A DNA stretch of 64,000 nucleotides from Elusimicrobia bacterium UBA5214 (GTDB taxonomy: Bacteria > Elusimicrobiota > UBA5214), in assembly GCA_002412545.1 (NCBI GenBank), contig DHVG01000002.1, forward strand, positions 241,872 through 305,871, in the 5' to 3' direction. Under the pieces are notes generated by a model that made no database searches, was not told where the DNA came from, and worked only from the letters and a program-made list of their open reading frames with translations. The translations under genes and the position numbers were made by a program. Shown here one piece after another: positions 63,092-64,000 of this stretch (the first letter of the stretch is position 1; each line of letters begins with the position of its first letter).

Positions 63092-63349
63092 ATGCCAATT
63101 TATGAATATTTCTGTGAAAATTGTCAAAAAAAATATGAAATTCTTGTTTTTTCTCGTGGTATGAACCAGAACGGTTCATACCGTGGGGAAAAAGTTGTGT
63201 GTCCAGTTTGTGGGAATACTAATTTGACTCGTCTTTTTTCCCGATTTGCTTTCTCTAGAGGTATAAAAAATACTGGCAATGAATCTTCAAGCGGAGTTTC
63301 TTCCTGTGCAACTTGTTCCGGTGGTGATTGTTCAACTTGTGCACGATGA
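63092..63349 (+). CDS. FmdB-family zinc-ribbon protein
   Basis: MPIYEYFCENCQKKYE...CPVCG is the family signature. Cys-rich tail. Confidence 0.85.
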   Translation: MPIYEYFCENCQKKYEILVFSRGMNQNGSYRGEKVVCPVCGNTNLTRLFSRFAFSRGIKNTGNESSSGVSSCATCSGGDCSTCAR

Positions 63350-64000
63350 AAATAAAATGGTTCTTAATTTTATCTTTCATAATATATCCCACACTTAACC
63401 CTACTTTTCTCTTAGCAAAGGTTATTGTTGATGATTTCCACTGGCAGATAAGCGAGACCCCACATTTTCAAATCTATCATTATGAAAAATCAAATAATAT
63501 TCTCCCTTTAGTTGCCTACCATTTAGAAAAAGGATATAAAAAAGTTATTCGTGATTTTGATTACAAACCTAAAGAAAAAACACCATTCTTTCTTTATTTA
63601 ACCCATAACCAGTTTGAACAAACAAATATTGTTGATATTGATGAAGGGACCGGCGGTGTTTCAGAAATGCTCAAAAACCGTTTTATTGTTCCGCATACCG
63701 GTTCAGAGAAAGAATTAGAACATGTCCTTACTCATGAATTTACCCATATTTTAACCTTTAATATTCTTTACGGAACCGGTTTTTGGAAATCGTTAAGGTT
63801 ATTGAAAACACCGGTTTATCCTCTATGGGTAATGGAAGGTATTGCTGAATACGAAGGGGGAGAAAATGATGCCACTACAAGGGAAATGTATTTGCGGGAT
63901 GCAACACTGAATAAACAACTCATACCTCTAACCCAATTACATAATTTTAATCATCTTAAACCACATCAGGTGATTCTTGCTTATAAAGAGGGAGAAAGCA
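63346..64000 (+). CDS. Secreted HExxH (zincin-like peptidase) protein, 3' end outside the window
   Basis: ATG 63346 forms an ATGA overlap with the upstream stop. The frame stays open to the window end. Signal-like MKIKWFLILSFIIYP and the LTHEFTHIL motif. Not in the ORF track because it has no stop. Confidence 0.55.
   Translation, partial: MKIKWFLILSFIIYPTLNPTFLLAKVIVDDFHWQISETPHFQIYHYEKSNNILPLVAYHLEKGYKKVIRDFDYKPKEKTPFFLYLTHNQFEQTNIVDIDEGTGGVSEMLKNRFIVPHTGSEKELEHVLTHEFTHILTFNILYGTGFWKSLRLLKTPVYPLWVMEGIAEYEGGENDATTREMYLRDATLNKQLIPLTQLHNFNHLKPHQVILAYKEGES

Overview
Window from an AT-rich bacterial genome, probably an uncultivated anaerobe; there is no rRNA or tRNA here to place it. From left to right: (1) The tail of a V-type ATPase operon (atpB partial, atpD) and a TPR protein. 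(2) A small accessory island (PLD-family nuclease, AIPR abortive-infection protein) sitting in front of a DUF1805 gene. (3) A minus-strand Lol/MacB-like ABC export cluster and a GT51 transglycosylase. (4) A second accessory island: a tandem-duplicated DNA methyltransferase, a convergent zinc-finger HNH nuclease and a Fic protein. (5) About 33 kb of co-directional minus-strand genes. These comprise an Mbh/Mbx-ordered Mrp module (mrpE-F-G-DUF4040-B-C-D) with extra antiporter-like subunits. Next is a complex I operon (nuoA-B-C-D-H-I-J-K, two extra MrpD-like genes, L-M-N) that lacks nuoEFG but has a GltD-like flavoprotein module spliced into NuoI. Last are hypA-F-C-D-E maturation genes with no hydrogenase structural gene. 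(6) The right end holds a HAD-like gene, purB, purA, acyP, a FecR-domain repeat protein, rpsA and a zinc-ribbon protein. The most striking non-genic signal is that nearly every intergenic spacer is a dyad-symmetric array of degenerate 7-8 nt tandem words. The same word families recur at many loci, and several arrays sit in frame inside conserved genes. A four-helix-bundle gene looks like the cargo of one such palindromic element. No CRISPR array, transposase or integrase was seen. All identity and spacing statements are hand and eye comparisons, not computed alignments.
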